The translations under genes and the position numbers were made by a program. A DNA stretch of 63,656 nt, the filler included, from Stramenopiles sp. TOSAG23-3 (lineage: Eukaryota): the NCBI GenBank assembly GCA_900128585.1. It is 9 parts of 9 records of this genome, joined end to end, with 100 filler letters (N's around TTAATTAATTAA, not from the genome) between each part and the next. Parts side by side here need not be neighbours in the genome. Positions count along the whole stretch, not along the records: positions 1 to 11,227 come from LT642749.1; 8 more parts are not named here. One strand, given 5' to 3'. The notes below the pieces were generated by a model. The model did not search any database, was not told the DNA's origin, and saw only the letters and a program-made list of their open reading frames with translations. Of the stretch, positions 1 through 11,227 are shown one piece after another (position 1 is the first letter of the stretch; the number at the start of each line of letters is the position of its first letter).

Positions 1-1360
1 TTTTTTTTTTTTACTTTAAACCGACGAGCGTTGGAAGTGAGAGGTTCAACCAAACACTCTCTCCCTCACCGAATGAGTGTATTCCGCCAGGGAAGGAGCG
101 CGGCGGTGGTGAATCAATCCTAACGAATGGGCAATGGGTTGTTTCTCATTTAAAAAAAACCACGGCTGTGTGTTATGTTGTCTATGACAATGAATGGAGA
201 ATGTGAGAACTTCAATTATTCATAATAAAACGTACAGTATTAATGTACATTGTAGTAGTAGAAATGTACCGTACTTTTAGTATCTCTTTTCTCTAGTCTG
301 TCCAACCGAAGATGAAGAGAACAAGAGAGAAGAAGAAAAGAAGAAGAAGAAAGAGAACAACAACGAAGACTCCTTTTTTTTTTTGAATGAGGAAGGAAGG
401 AATGAATGATTCTGTACTTAATCTCTCGTCGGCTTTCCTATAATTAATTATAATTAATACCTACCCCCCTCCTACCCAACCTAACAAACCAACCCAACCC
501 CCCACCACGTCATATCTAACTCCGCCTAACTATATATATACCTGTAGCGTGACATTATCAATAGAGCATCCAAATTAAAAATTAAAAATTAAAACTATTA
601 TTCAATTATATATTTTATATATATATAAATCAATAATAATCTCCACCGACGAGACGAGGGACCCTGACCTACGACCTACCTATTTTAAATTATATTATTA
701 TATTTTATATTATACCTATCCACAACCAACCCTACCCTTTTAAATTAAATAAATAAATACCAACCACCTCATAATAAATACTTATAATATGTGACCAACC
801 GGCCGCCGGTATTAATACCATACCACCATATTATAATACCATACCATACCAGCAAGTATTGAATATTAATATTTAATACCTACTATGTACCACCGTATTA
901 ATATTATACCTCTGGATGTGATGATGAAGTGAAAAGTGAAGGACTTCTCCTCTTCGACTTCTTTTAATTTATTGAAGAAAAGAGGGGGGGGAGGCCAAGG
1001 AAAGAAAAAAAATCCAATGATATTTCTATATTAGTATATAAATAATAAGAAAATAATAAGAAAGAAAAGAAAGAGAGGGATGAACAAAAAAACAACAACG
1101 AAGAATAACATTATACAAAATAAGAAGAAAAAAACAAATAAGGAAGAATTAAAAGTTATATATTAAAATAGGTTACGGTTGGTTAGTAAGATTGGAATTT
1201 ATACGGGGGTGTTCCTTCCCATTTAATTAAATCTGAAAGGGGAGCGGCAATTAGCATGTCAGCATAGTCCATAGAACATCAGCTCAGTTAGTCATTCGAT
1301 CAAAAGAATCCCAAGTCGGAGTAGTAGTAGTCGATAGTTAGTTAGTGTGTGGAAAGAACC

Positions 1361-2125
1361 ATGCAGGCTTCGTTAGTTGTGGCAACGGCCGTTGTCGTCT
1401 TCGCCTTCTTTGTAGTTAGTGGTCGTGCCGGTATTGTTCATCGGAGGGGAGAAATGGTAGGAAGTAGATGTTACACGGTTTGCCCGCCGGTTATTTACCC
1501 GACGGGGCATGACCCGTATTACGAATCCTCGTATTTTACACTAGAGCGAGAGCTGCACGGGGGGCCGTTTGGGCCAGGCACGCTGAACCCGTTCAATACC
1601 AACGACCCTAGGAACTACGTGCCTCGTGTGGCACCCCACCCGTTTGGGCAAAAACTCTTTTCGTACGCACCCCCGAGAAACCCGATGAACCCGACGTACG
1701 TGGGAAGCCTTCTCGAAACAGCTAGTAACACCGCCGCGCCGCACCCCGCGGCCCCGAAAGCAACGGCCCCAAACAGCGTAAAATTAGACACCTCGTTCCT
1801 TCAGGTAGGATTAACTGCCACCACAAAGCATAGCCCTCGGAGTGGAATGTGCTTGCATGTTTGCCCGTCGCATAAGGTAACTGATCCCGCCAGCGAGCCA
1901 TTGGGTGGACCGTTTGGCCCAGATCCGTACTTCACGAAGAGCAAACGCATGTTTGTCAACCGCCAGGGTCTGTCTGGGTACAGCCACCCAGGGGCTCACT
2001 TTAGCAATCGCCACAACGACCCCTATGGTGGCCCCTTTGGTGCGGACCCTTATTACGTTTATGGGCAGGACTCGTCGGCAGAATCTTCCGTTCCGAATGG
2101 GTATGCTCCACACCCCCGCCTGTGA
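1361..2125 (+). CDS. Secreted Pro/Gly/Tyr-rich repeat protein (GGPFG and DPY repeats), function unknown
   Basis: ATG at 1361 followed by a hydrophobic signal peptide (MQASLVVATAVVVFAFFVVSGRAG). GC-rich ORF within AT-rich flanks. Three GGPFG and four DPY motifs, two CxxxCP motifs. Confidence 0.85.
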   Translation: MQASLVVATAVVVFAFFVVSGRAGIVHRRGEMVGSRCYTVCPPVIYPTGHDPYYESSYFTLERELHGGPFGPGTLNPFNTNDPRNYVPRVAPHPFGQKLFSYAPPRNPMNPTYVGSLLETASNTAAPHPAAPKATAPNSVKLDTSFLQVGLTATTKHSPRSGMCLHVCPSHKVTDPASEPLGGPFGPDPYFTKSKRMFVNRQGLSGYSHPGAHFSNRHNDPYGGPFGADPYYVYGQDSSAESSVPNGYAPHPRL

Positions 2126-3550
2126 ATTAAGTGAAGTGATTGAGCGAGTGCTGACTGCTGGTGAAAAATAAAAGGCCGAGGGTTTCTTTTTGTTTGTCGA
2201 CGCACGAAATGTGCATTTTTGTGAAAACCTTGAAGGTGTTTATAATTAAATATTTTAATCCAAGTAGTTCAATGTATTTTTTGATATATATTGTACGGCA
2301 TAATAATAGGAACAGGAGATAGATAGCGAGCGTACCAGGTAAATATATATTATTTCGGGCAACCATCCTTCGTTTAGTTAATTAAATACGAATAAAAAGT
2401 ATGGAACCATCGATTTGCCTATATGGGAGGGAACCTTGGAACGAATTATTTCAAGGGAGAGAGAAAATGTACTTATCAAAGATTTTTCACTACGACTTAC
2501 TTCTTAACAACAAACAAGCAAGTTCTGTCTGCTCGCTTCCAAAACTAAAGTACAGTGTTGAAATTAGGGTAAATAATATAATATATATTTGGACATTGAT
2601 ATTGATTAATTGCGGATAAATATATATTTTGTTGTATTTTACTCTATAATTAGTCATAAAATGACAAAAATTACTATTTTAATATATTATTAAAATTGTG
2701 TTCAAATAGTTCCTTTTTATAATACAAAAGGTCTATTTAGTACAAAATATATGATAAAAACGACAAAAATGTATTAAATATTTTTGGATAAAAATAATAG
2801 TATTTAAGCATTTAATACTGTTATTAAGTGTTAATCTGATGTAATTAATGTTTTAAATGCCATTGTTGTTATAATTAGTGCATATAATGAAACCCTATTA
2901 AGAACATTAATGATGGCAGTCTTCATGAGATTCGGTTCTCGCTGCCGATCTTGCAAATTCGAACAACGGGTGATAGAAGGTCGTCCTGGTGCCGCAGCCA
3001 CAATTATCGATCACGGCGTCATACAAGAAGATAGGCTTGGGACGGACAATCATGAAGTTTCAGTACAAAATTTTGTAAATTACCCTCATAGGCTAGGCTG
3101 TGTACCTGTTAATTTATTACCGAGCTCATTTCAATCTATCCTGTTATTTCTCAATGGTGTGTGGTGTATTCAAAATAATTTCAATAAACAAGTAGTAAAT
3201 ACCATCATTATTAACCAGGGGGAAATAGTGGTGGGATGGTGTGCGTAGTTAGTGTTGTAGCAATGTAATAAACAATAATGGGGATGATGACGAAGAAGTT
3301 CTGAGTAGTAAGAAGTAGTAAGTGAGTGATAGTAGTAGTAGTAGTAAAATTCCATTTAAGCAGTCCCCGTTTACACGCTTGTCCCGTCCCATCCATGGTC
3401 GAACAAATGGCGTGAATTGCAATCATAAACATTGCTAGCTCAACTTTAAAACTGATTTTGAAAGATCAATCAAACTCTCTCTATATATATATGTATACAT
3501 TCATTTCCCGTTCAACTAAATAACGAACCAACCCTTTTATATAGCACAAC

Positions 3551-4936
3551 ATGAACACCGTGTCACTTCTGATATTTGCGTCCTTCGCCGTGGCGGTAGT
3601 AAACGCGGGCCCTTTCAAATATGGTAACGCCGCATACACGTACGGACCACTTCACTGCACGCCAAACAACTGTGATGTCGTGCCATCTTGCAATCGTGCA
3701 AAGTGGGCCGAACCAATCGCCGAGTACAACAAAGATGCACAGGAGGGGTCCGAAATTAACATTATCTACTCCTACGGTGGAGATATTGAGTTTTGGCCAA
3801 ACAAGACCGACCCGAAAGGGTGCTGGGCGCCAGCTTCGACTGACCCACAAGTATGCAATGTGTCCATCTTCTATGATCCTAACAACGCAGAGGCCGCCCA
3901 CGTGTACAAGCAGACGGACAAAGTCACGTCCATAGTCTCCCTTATCGATTCTCGCATGGATGGCTGGGAGCAAATCAAGACGTACAACGATTACGACGGT
4001 TGCAAGTTTGGCAACTTCTACCCAGACTTGAGAAATTTGACGGATGCTGGAATAGATAAATTGGCGAACGACACCGCACGGTTGTACTGCGGTTGCGAAA
4101 CTTGCGACGATGTTGATGGCCTTCAAGTCGATTTGGAACCGTACCGTGCACCTTACAAAGTGTCTTTGAACAAGTATGTAGCTGCGGTTGCACGCAACTT
4201 GCGCGACGAAACCGGAGAGTTCAATTGCAAGAACGCGGCCCACCCCGAAGGCCGCACCGTTTCGTACTTCACGTTCGCCCACGACCAGAGTTTGGAATTC
4301 ACCAATGATGTCTTGGGCGCAAACGGGTACTACGTGTTCTCTGGGTACGATTTGGACCCCAAACCTGAAGATGGGGGGTTCATGTACAACTCCCCTGCTG
4401 AATTTGAAGACAGGCTGAGGAAAGAAATCACGTACTTTCGGCCTGTCCTTGGGAAAACCGGAAAGTTCACAATTGGATTACCAATTGGTGCGTCTTGCCA
4501 CGAGTACGAACAGTATGTCCCCATGCACGGAAAAGGTTGTGGGCCAGCATGCGAGCCACTGACAAACAACGCAACTATGTTGGATTATGTTAAGGCGTGG
4601 ATGAAAGTTTTGACTGATCCTGTCGTCACCAAAGCAACAAACGGCCTATTTTGCGTTTCCGAAGAACATGACTCGCAATTTCTTGGCACGTCACTTTGGT
4701 CATTCAGTTACCAAATGACATACCCCCCGATGAAATGGTTTGACAACGAGTTTTTGCCCGGCACGCCGCCAGACAGTGTATTTGACTTCTTAAAGACCAA
4801 TCTTCATCGCCTGCGCACGGAATCGTGCACGCAAGCTCAATTGAACGGCGATTTTACCGTGGAGGACGAATGGATCACGCCTGGACCAGATCCGTTTGGA
4901 ATTTTGAACAAGAAAATCAAAGTCTCTGAACAGTGA
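3551..4936 (+). CDS. Secreted glycoside hydrolase, GH18-like TIM barrel
   Basis: 461-aa ORF with signal peptide (MNTVSLLIFASFAVAVVNA). DVDGLQVDLEPY resembles the GH18 DxxDxDxE motif. Later KFTIGLP and GTSLWSF fit GH18 strands 7 and 8. CDS is secure; family call is moderate. Confidence 0.6.
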   Translation: MNTVSLLIFASFAVAVVNAGPFKYGNAAYTYGPLHCTPNNCDVVPSCNRAKWAEPIAEYNKDAQEGSEINIIYSYGGDIEFWPNKTDPKGCWAPASTDPQVCNVSIFYDPNNAEAAHVYKQTDKVTSIVSLIDSRMDGWEQIKTYNDYDGCKFGNFYPDLRNLTDAGIDKLANDTARLYCGCETCDDVDGLQVDLEPYRAPYKVSLNKYVAAVARNLRDETGEFNCKNAAHPEGRTVSYFTFAHDQSLEFTNDVLGANGYYVFSGYDLDPKPEDGGFMYNSPAEFEDRLRKEITYFRPVLGKTGKFTIGLPIGASCHEYEQYVPMHGKGCGPACEPLTNNATMLDYVKAWMKVLTDPVVTKATNGLFCVSEEHDSQFLGTSLWSFSYQMTYPPMKWFDNEFLPGTPPDSVFDFLKTNLHRLRTESCTQAQLNGDFTVEDEWITPGPDPFGILNKKIKVSEQ

Positions 4937-5118
4937 GTGAGAGAGAGTGAGCTTTGTATCTGTCGTATGGTAGGAGCATTAGTAAAACATGATGTTGTTT
5001 CTACCACCCAAATGTATTTTATTCAAATAAAACAAATTGTTTACAAATTATATTTAAAAAAAAAAAACCAAAATATATAGTATGTTTATATTACAATTAG
5101 GTAACGCTGCATGCATCA

Positions 5119-5670
5119 TTATCCCCTAGGCCCATTTGGAGAACCCCGATTGCTTCCCGTACCTCTTCTCTTTTTCCTGCACGCAGCACAGCCGAAACTA
5201 GAAAGCAAGCCGTTGATGACGGGAGTCGGGGCAATTACAGTAGATATGCCCAGCGTTAACCAATGCAACGCTTTGTTTTGAATGCGCACGTAACACGGTA
5301 GCCTTTGGTTCCTCGAAGACTTCTTCCTATTTACAGAGTAACCTTGAACGACTTCTTCCATGCGCTCTCGGTGCAATTCTTCCATTCTAAAAAGGACCCG
5401 TTCGATCTGATTAATTTCGTTTTCGCACATTTTCAAAGCCATATTGTGTTCCTCGCTTATTTGTTCGCTGCCTCTGCTAATTTCAGCTTGCACTTCGATC
5501 CTACTGTTGGCCACATCATCCTTTAAGCGGTTACATTCAGTTTTGAAATCGTCCAATATTTTCTCTCCCTCGCGCTGCTCTTCTCGGAATTCTTCAAAAA
5601 CTTTCTTTAATTCTATTTCATATTGCTCCACTCGTTTCCGCAACGCTTGGTTGGATAGTAAAGCCGCCAT
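5119..5670 (-). CDS. Hypothetical coiled-coil protein
   Basis: 183-aa ATG-initiated ORF with an E/K/R-rich heptad region and a weakly hydrophobic C-terminal segment. Confidence 0.75.
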   Translation of the reverse strand: MAALLSNQALRKRVEQYEIELKKVFEEFREEQREGEKILDDFKTECNRLKDDVANSRIEVQAEISRGSEQISEEHNMALKMCENEINQIERVLFRMEELHRERMEEVVQGYSVNRKKSSRNQRLPCYVRIQNKALHWLTLGISTVIAPTPVINGLLSSFGCAACRKKRRGTGSNRGSPNGPRG

Positions 5671-5939
5671 CCCCTTCCTTGGCTCTATACTTCTTTACTA
5701 ACACCACACTTACTGCTCTAACTTATCTTACAAACTGAAGTCAAACCCAAAACGCTGTTCTTGTGTTGATATATATACATATATATATGTTATGTACAAA
5801 ATAAATAAAGGAAATAACCTTCTATTTGCTCGGTTTCTGGTGATTACTTTCCCGTGTATTATTTGTATATAATATTGATTGATTGACTCTCGCTCTCTCT
5901 CTTCTTCTCTCTCATCTCAACTCAAACACGAAGAAGGGT

Positions 5940-6100
5940 TTTTTTTCTTTCTTTCTTTTTTTTTTACTAACTACTTTTTCTCTGCTGTGGTGAGTTCCTC
6001 TCTTCTTTCTCCTCCGTCCTATCTCTCTTCTTTCTTCTTCTTTCTTCTTTCTTCTTTCTTCTTCTTTCTTCTTTCTTCTTCTTTCTTCTTCTTCCTTCAC
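5940..6100. repeat. Polypyrimidine (TTC/TTTC)n low-complexity tract
   Basis: Seen directly. Similar tracts at about 17370-17690, 25125-25240 and 61980-62090. Confidence 0.85.
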
Positions 6101-6617
6101 TCCTACCTCTCATCCCCCTCCCCTGCTGTGTGATGATAGATAATGTTCCATTAATAATAAATTAGTTTGGTTTTAAAGCTATAAATAATAAATAATCATT
6201 TACTGATGCTGTTGCTGTGCTGCTGGTGACGTACTAACTATAACTACAACAACAACAAAAAAGGAGGAACGAATATTATATTAATGAATGAATGATGCAT
6301 CATCATCATCATCATCAGTATTATTATTATTTATTATTTATTGTAATAATAGGAAAAGAATAGAAAATTTAGTATGTGTGCCACGGATAGACATTTGAAC
6401 GGAATTAGTTGCATTGATAGCGCAGGTGAATTGTGTGTGGGCATACATATAGTGAACTAAGTAATTATTTAGCCAACGATCGATCAGTAGGGCGGGGTAG
6501 GTAGGTAGTAGATAGATAGATATATACATTCGTTGTGTTGAGACACGGAGGGTGGAACTCAACAATCAGGCGAGAGTCGTAGGGTAGAGGAAGACTCCCC
6601 CAGCTTAGCTTGACACG

Positions 6618-8102
6618 ATGCATACAGACAAAAACAAGAAGCTGGCGGAAGGCTTGGTCGATGCTGCATATGTGCGGCAAGGAATAGATGCATTGAATGC
6701 GCGGCACAACCTGGTCACAAGTCTGTTGTCCCAGCGTAGAATGCCAGAAAACGGTTGGGACGACGCGTCTATCGAATATTTGCTTTCGCAACTTGCGTTA
6801 ATGGACAGCAACAACTTTACCGGGAACGTGGGTGTCGGAGAACGGGAAGCGCGCGTGTACTCCGATCTTGTCAAACGCCGCACTTTCAACCTGGGGCACG
6901 GGATTGGGCGTTCCGGTGATGTTTCGGCGGTGCAACCAAAGGCTGCCGGGTCCTCCACTATAGTAAAGCTTGCAACAGGCATGATGTTAGGTCTAATTCA
7001 CGACTCGGGCGTGTTGAAAGCGAAAGCGGCGCTTATTATGCCATGCGCGACTGGTATGTCCCTGGTGTTGACGATGCTGACCTTGAAACAGACGCGGCGG
7101 CCCGCCCAAGCAAAGTATGTGATTTGGAATAGAATTGATCAAAAGTCCTGCTTTAAGTCCATACTGACGGCTGGATTTCAGCCGATCATAATTGAGAATG
7201 TTCTGGAGGGAGAGGAGCTTCGAACGAACGTGCCCGCGATACGAAAAGCGATAGAGTCCCATGGTGCGGACAACATCGTGTGCGTTTTGAGCACCACGAG
7301 TTGTTTTGCCCCTCGAGCAGCCGACGACGTTGAAAGCATCTCAGAGGTGTGCAAAGAGTATAGCATAGGCCACGTTATTAACAATGCATACGGGCTGCAA
7401 TTGTCAAAGTGCTGCCACGTCATCAACCAGGCCTGCCGGCGTGGGAGAGTCGACGCCTTTGTCCAAAGCACCGACAAAAACTTAATGGTTCCCGTTGGCG
7501 GTGCGATTGTCGCTGGGCCAGACAAGGCGTTTATCAAGGCTGTGTCAGAAAACTACGCGGGGCGGGCAAGCATGTCGCCCATACTTGACGTATTCATCAC
7601 GATGTTATCAATGGGCCGGAGTGGTTGGAAAAAAATGTTGAAATCGAGAAAAGAACTGTTTACTTATGCCCAAGAAAAATTGGGGTCTGCGTTCGCCCGA
7701 TTTTATGCACCCGTGCTGAAGACCCGGGGCAACAGCGTGTCAATAGCCGTATCGCTAGAGCACGTTGCTAATATTCACAAAGATCAAAGCATTTCATACC
7801 TAGGCTCTATGCTTTTTACTCGCGGCGTCTCCGGGACAAGGGTGGCTGACAACTCAAGGGTGAAGACAATCGGCGACCACAAGTTTACGTGCTGGGGTCA
7901 AAACAGCAACATTTACCCCGTGCCGTACTTGACCGTTGCGGTGTCCGTCGGCACAACGAAACGGGACATAGATGAGTTCATACAGCGTCTTGACAAGGCT
8001 TTGGAGAAGTTTTGTGACCAAGCACGGGAGAAAGAAATCAAGTTGAAAAAAGAGAAAGAAGGCAATGTAGATAAGGAGGGCGTGGTGCTCGACGGTTTGT
8101 GA
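6618..8102 (+). CDS. SEPSECS: O-phosphoseryl-tRNA(Sec) selenium transferase (SepSecS, SLA/LP)
   Basis: Signature motifs MDSNNF, GVGEREAR, HGIGRSGD, QPKAAGSS, RIDQKSC, STTSCFAPR, HVINNAYG and the PLP lysine in VQSTDKN. Confidence 0.97.
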   Translation: MHTDKNKKLAEGLVDAAYVRQGIDALNARHNLVTSLLSQRRMPENGWDDASIEYLLSQLALMDSNNFTGNVGVGEREARVYSDLVKRRTFNLGHGIGRSGDVSAVQPKAAGSSTIVKLATGMMLGLIHDSGVLKAKAALIMPCATGMSLVLTMLTLKQTRRPAQAKYVIWNRIDQKSCFKSILTAGFQPIIIENVLEGEELRTNVPAIRKAIESHGADNIVCVLSTTSCFAPRAADDVESISEVCKEYSIGHVINNAYGLQLSKCCHVINQACRRGRVDAFVQSTDKNLMVPVGGAIVAGPDKAFIKAVSENYAGRASMSPILDVFITMLSMGRSGWKKMLKSRKELFTYAQEKLGSAFARFYAPVLKTRGNSVSIAVSLEHVANIHKDQSISYLGSMLFTRGVSGTRVADNSRVKTIGDHKFTCWGQNSNIYPVPYLTVAVSVGTTKRDIDEFIQRLDKALEKFCDQAREKEIKLKKEKEGNVDKEGVVLDGL

Positions 8103-8382
8103 TAGATCGACGAAAGAATGACCGATGATGGCATGCATGCCGCTATTTTTTGCTTTCGACCACGCAAAGTCAGCCTGCCGTGTACGAACGAGGAGCGGTA
8201 TAAGTACGTTACGCACTCGTAATTCTTAAGAATTCTTACGAAGTATTTTAAGAATTAGTTTTGAAAAAGTGAAGCATATTACAAAGGCGTTAAGGTACTC
8301 GTACGAAGCATTGCGCGCGATCTTAGGATTGGTCAGCTACCATCGATTTCGTGCTTGTTTCGTACCCCCCCGGATCAAAATG

Positions 8383-8676
8383 TCATTTCATACAACTGTC
8401 GAAGCATTTCTTAAACGCTTTCAACTCGTTTTGGCACTTTGCCCAGTCTCTTTCGGAATCTGCCAGACATAACTCTAACTTACTGTACACCTTCTGGACG
8501 TCGCAGTTAACACATGCACGCCCGCCATTCTTTTGCTGTATCCTTTTAAGCATGGTCTCAGCCATTCCCGAGTGAGCCGGGGACGTGGCAACGACCATTG
8601 GCGCCACCCTTCCCCGTGCTGCTGCTGCTGGCACCCCAACGACAGTGCCATCTCGACGACGACGACTATTCTCCAT
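8383..8676 (-). CDS. Small mitochondrial twin-Cys (CHCH-type) protein, COA4/Cmc3-like
   Basis: C-terminal YSKLELCLADSERDWAKCQNELKAFKKC matches the COA4-type C..DW..CQ.E...F..C pattern. Start uncertain (ATG 8676 or a downstream ATG). Confidence 0.65.
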   Translation of the reverse strand: MENSRRRRDGTVVGVPAAAARGRVAPMVVATSPAHSGMAETMLKRIQQKNGGRACVNCDVQKVYSKLELCLADSERDWAKCQNELKAFKKCFDSCMK

Positions 8677-8959
8677 GTATCGTCTAGAGAAGCACGCTTG
8701 TTTTTGTATATGTACGCAACTATTAATTTGTATACGCAGCAAACAAAAGAGATTAATGCATTATGTAAAACCGGGTGGTGTTCTTGTAATAATCAATTAA
8801 GAAATAATCTCTACTTTATACAGTAATATATTATTTTGAATTTATAAAAAAAAATATGTGCGCCGGAGATTATTATATTCCGTCTTCTCTTCTTCTTCTA
8901 TAATAATTTCAAGTACTACAAGTACGGCCTACGGTACCCGGTACCTAACCTTACCCCAA

Positions 8960-9058
8960 CTAGATCTAGATCTAGTTCTACCAGGTAGTTCTAGTTCTAG
9001 TTCTGGTTCTAGATCTAGTTCTTGTTCTTGTTCTTGTTCTAGTTCTAGTTCTAGTTCT
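8960..9058. repeat. Degenerate hexamer microsatellite (TTCTAG/TTCTTG/ATCTAG)n
   Basis: About 15 imperfect 6-bp units in a divergent intergenic region. Confidence 0.9.
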
Positions 9059-9729
9059 CTTCTTCCTGCTTTTGTTGTTTTATTTATTGTTAGTCCTGTG
9101 TACTGTGTTGTTGTCTCTCTCTCTTTTTTAATTATATAAATAGAAGAAGAAAGAAAGAAGAAAGAGACTTGCGTACGGTATTATTATTTATTATCCATCC
9201 TATAATATCCTCCTTCTATTATATTACTCTTTATATAATTTGTATTTATTTATTATTTTAGTTGTTCTTTCTTTGTTTTTAATTTAAAAAATTATTAGTT
9301 ACAGCAATCATATCATCACAGCATTAAACACGAAATATTTATTCGTTGTCAAAAGGAGAGGAAGAAACAGCGGAGGAGGAAGAAGAAAAAAAAACGAACA
9401 ACTTTTTTTCTTCTTCTTGCATTGAATAGCATCAGGGTTGCGGTGCTCCTGCTGCTCCCTCTTTTTTTTGTTATTATTATATATTTTATTATTTACCAAG
9501 TATTTGTTGTTGTTTTACTATCGATCGGTACTTGGCATTTCAACAGTATTACTATTTTTCGCATTAGTTTGCAAAGAGTCTTAAAACGAAATCACTGTCA
9601 AATATTTATAGATTTCAGCCGGAAAACAAACCAAGAGGAACTTCATTTAACGAGCTGGCAGTTCTGCTATAGACGAAGACAAGTTTTGACTTGGAAAACG
9701 CAAATAGAAATAGTGGTATACAGTGAACG

Positions 9730-11227
9730 ATGATCGTTGCACAAACACAAGCCAGCAGGGGTGGGAAGGTAAGGCGAAGAAAGAAAAAGAAGTATGTGTC
9801 TGCCGAGGAGGACCCAACAAGCGTCCACCATCAAGACATTCATGAAGAGCCGTACGTGAGCGGCGACCCACGTCTCTTGAAGCTTAGTGATGCTGATAAG
9901 GATATGTGTGTAAGTATATTCGAAGAAATGGACGACGACGCGTCTGGTTATATCGACAAAAGTGAGCTCACAGAGGCACTTAAGCAGATTATGGGTCTAA
10001 AACCCTCCAAGAGAATGGTTGATCACATGTTTGCGGCCGCAGACCTGGATGGGAATGGCCTTGTAGATATCGATGAGTTCGAACATTTGTGGCAGATCCA
10101 GGTGACGTTCAAGAAGAAGTTAGAAGAAGAGACGGCCAGAAATGTCCCGCTCATACCAAAAGTGAAGCAGTGCCACTTGAAAGTGTGGTATATTTTCGAG
10201 GAACCGTCGTCCTCCAAAATTGGTACTTGGGTTTCATTATTTATTATGTTTGTAATTGCTGTCTCCGTGACATCGTTTGTGATGGAGTCTGTTCCGGTGT
10301 TCCGGTACTGGACGGGTGGATCCCCTGGCAACGGACAATTCGTTGGCCTGCCGATATTCGGAATACTCGAAACATTATCAGTGATTGTGTTCACATTCGA
10401 ATACGTGGTGAGGCTGCTGTTAGTCGGTTTTGCGCCACCGGATAACATGTCCTTTTGCATGAAAATAAGGAAGTTCGTCACTGGGACGTTGAATACAATC
10501 GATCTCATCGCAATCCTACCATTTTACATGGAATTGCTGGTACCGGCCGGTGGCGCCGGAAATGGTTTGTCCGTGTTTCGAATTTTACGTGTAGCACGAG
10601 TTTTTCGCATATTCAAGCTGGGGAAATACTCCAACGGAATGCAAATGTTTGCTTCTGTAATGGTAAAGAGCCGGTCTGCCTTGCTATTATTGCTGTTTTT
10701 TCTGGTAATTGCAGTTGTATTGTTTGGCGCCCTGCTGTTTTTTATGGAAGAAGGAGAGTGGAATAACGATTTAGGAGGCTTTGCGAGACCAGATGCCGCG
10801 GGAGTTAATCTCGAACTTAGCCCGTTCACATCTGTCCCAGCGGCGTTTTGGTGGGTCGTTGTGACGTCCACAACAGTTGGGTATGGGGATTTGTACCCTA
10901 CCAGCACGGGAGGGAAAATAATTGCAACGCTGTGCATGATCTTAGGCGTCTTAGCATTAGCATTGCCAGTTTCTGTCATTGGCGCTAATTTTTCTGAAAT
11001 CTACCAAAAAAACGCAGCCGAGGAAAAGGAAAAGGAGCAGCATGCTTTAGTAAGGTGCTGGGGAGTATATGTTGACCGAATCTCCAAAGGAGCAGCGGAG
11101 AAAGGAGATGGGGCGAAGGAGGAGGAGTCGAAAAACACGCCAAAGGAATCCCCGGCCTCTGAGCTGACTGGCATTCTCTTGCAGATAGCTGTACTGAGCA
11201 ACAGGGCAACTGAACTTTCATCCCAAA
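9730..11227 (+). CDS. Voltage-gated K+ channel (Shaker/Kv-like 6TM) with an N-terminal EF-hand pair; 3'-truncated at contig end
   Basis: EF loops DDDASGYIDKSE and DLDGNGLVDIDE; FEEPSSS before S1; IDLIAILPFY (S3); S4 RILRVARVFRIFKLGK; filter TTVGYGD; S6 LALPVSVI. Confidence 0.95.

Noticed and set aside
73..114. SECIS-like ATGA...AA...GA
   Set aside because: Helix arms are unequal, the AA spacing is too long, and no upstream selenoprotein is visible.
5879..6133. ORFs rich in F/S/K/E/Y here and at 8858, 17367, 25083 and 59643
   Set aside because: Translations of low-complexity intergenic tracts.
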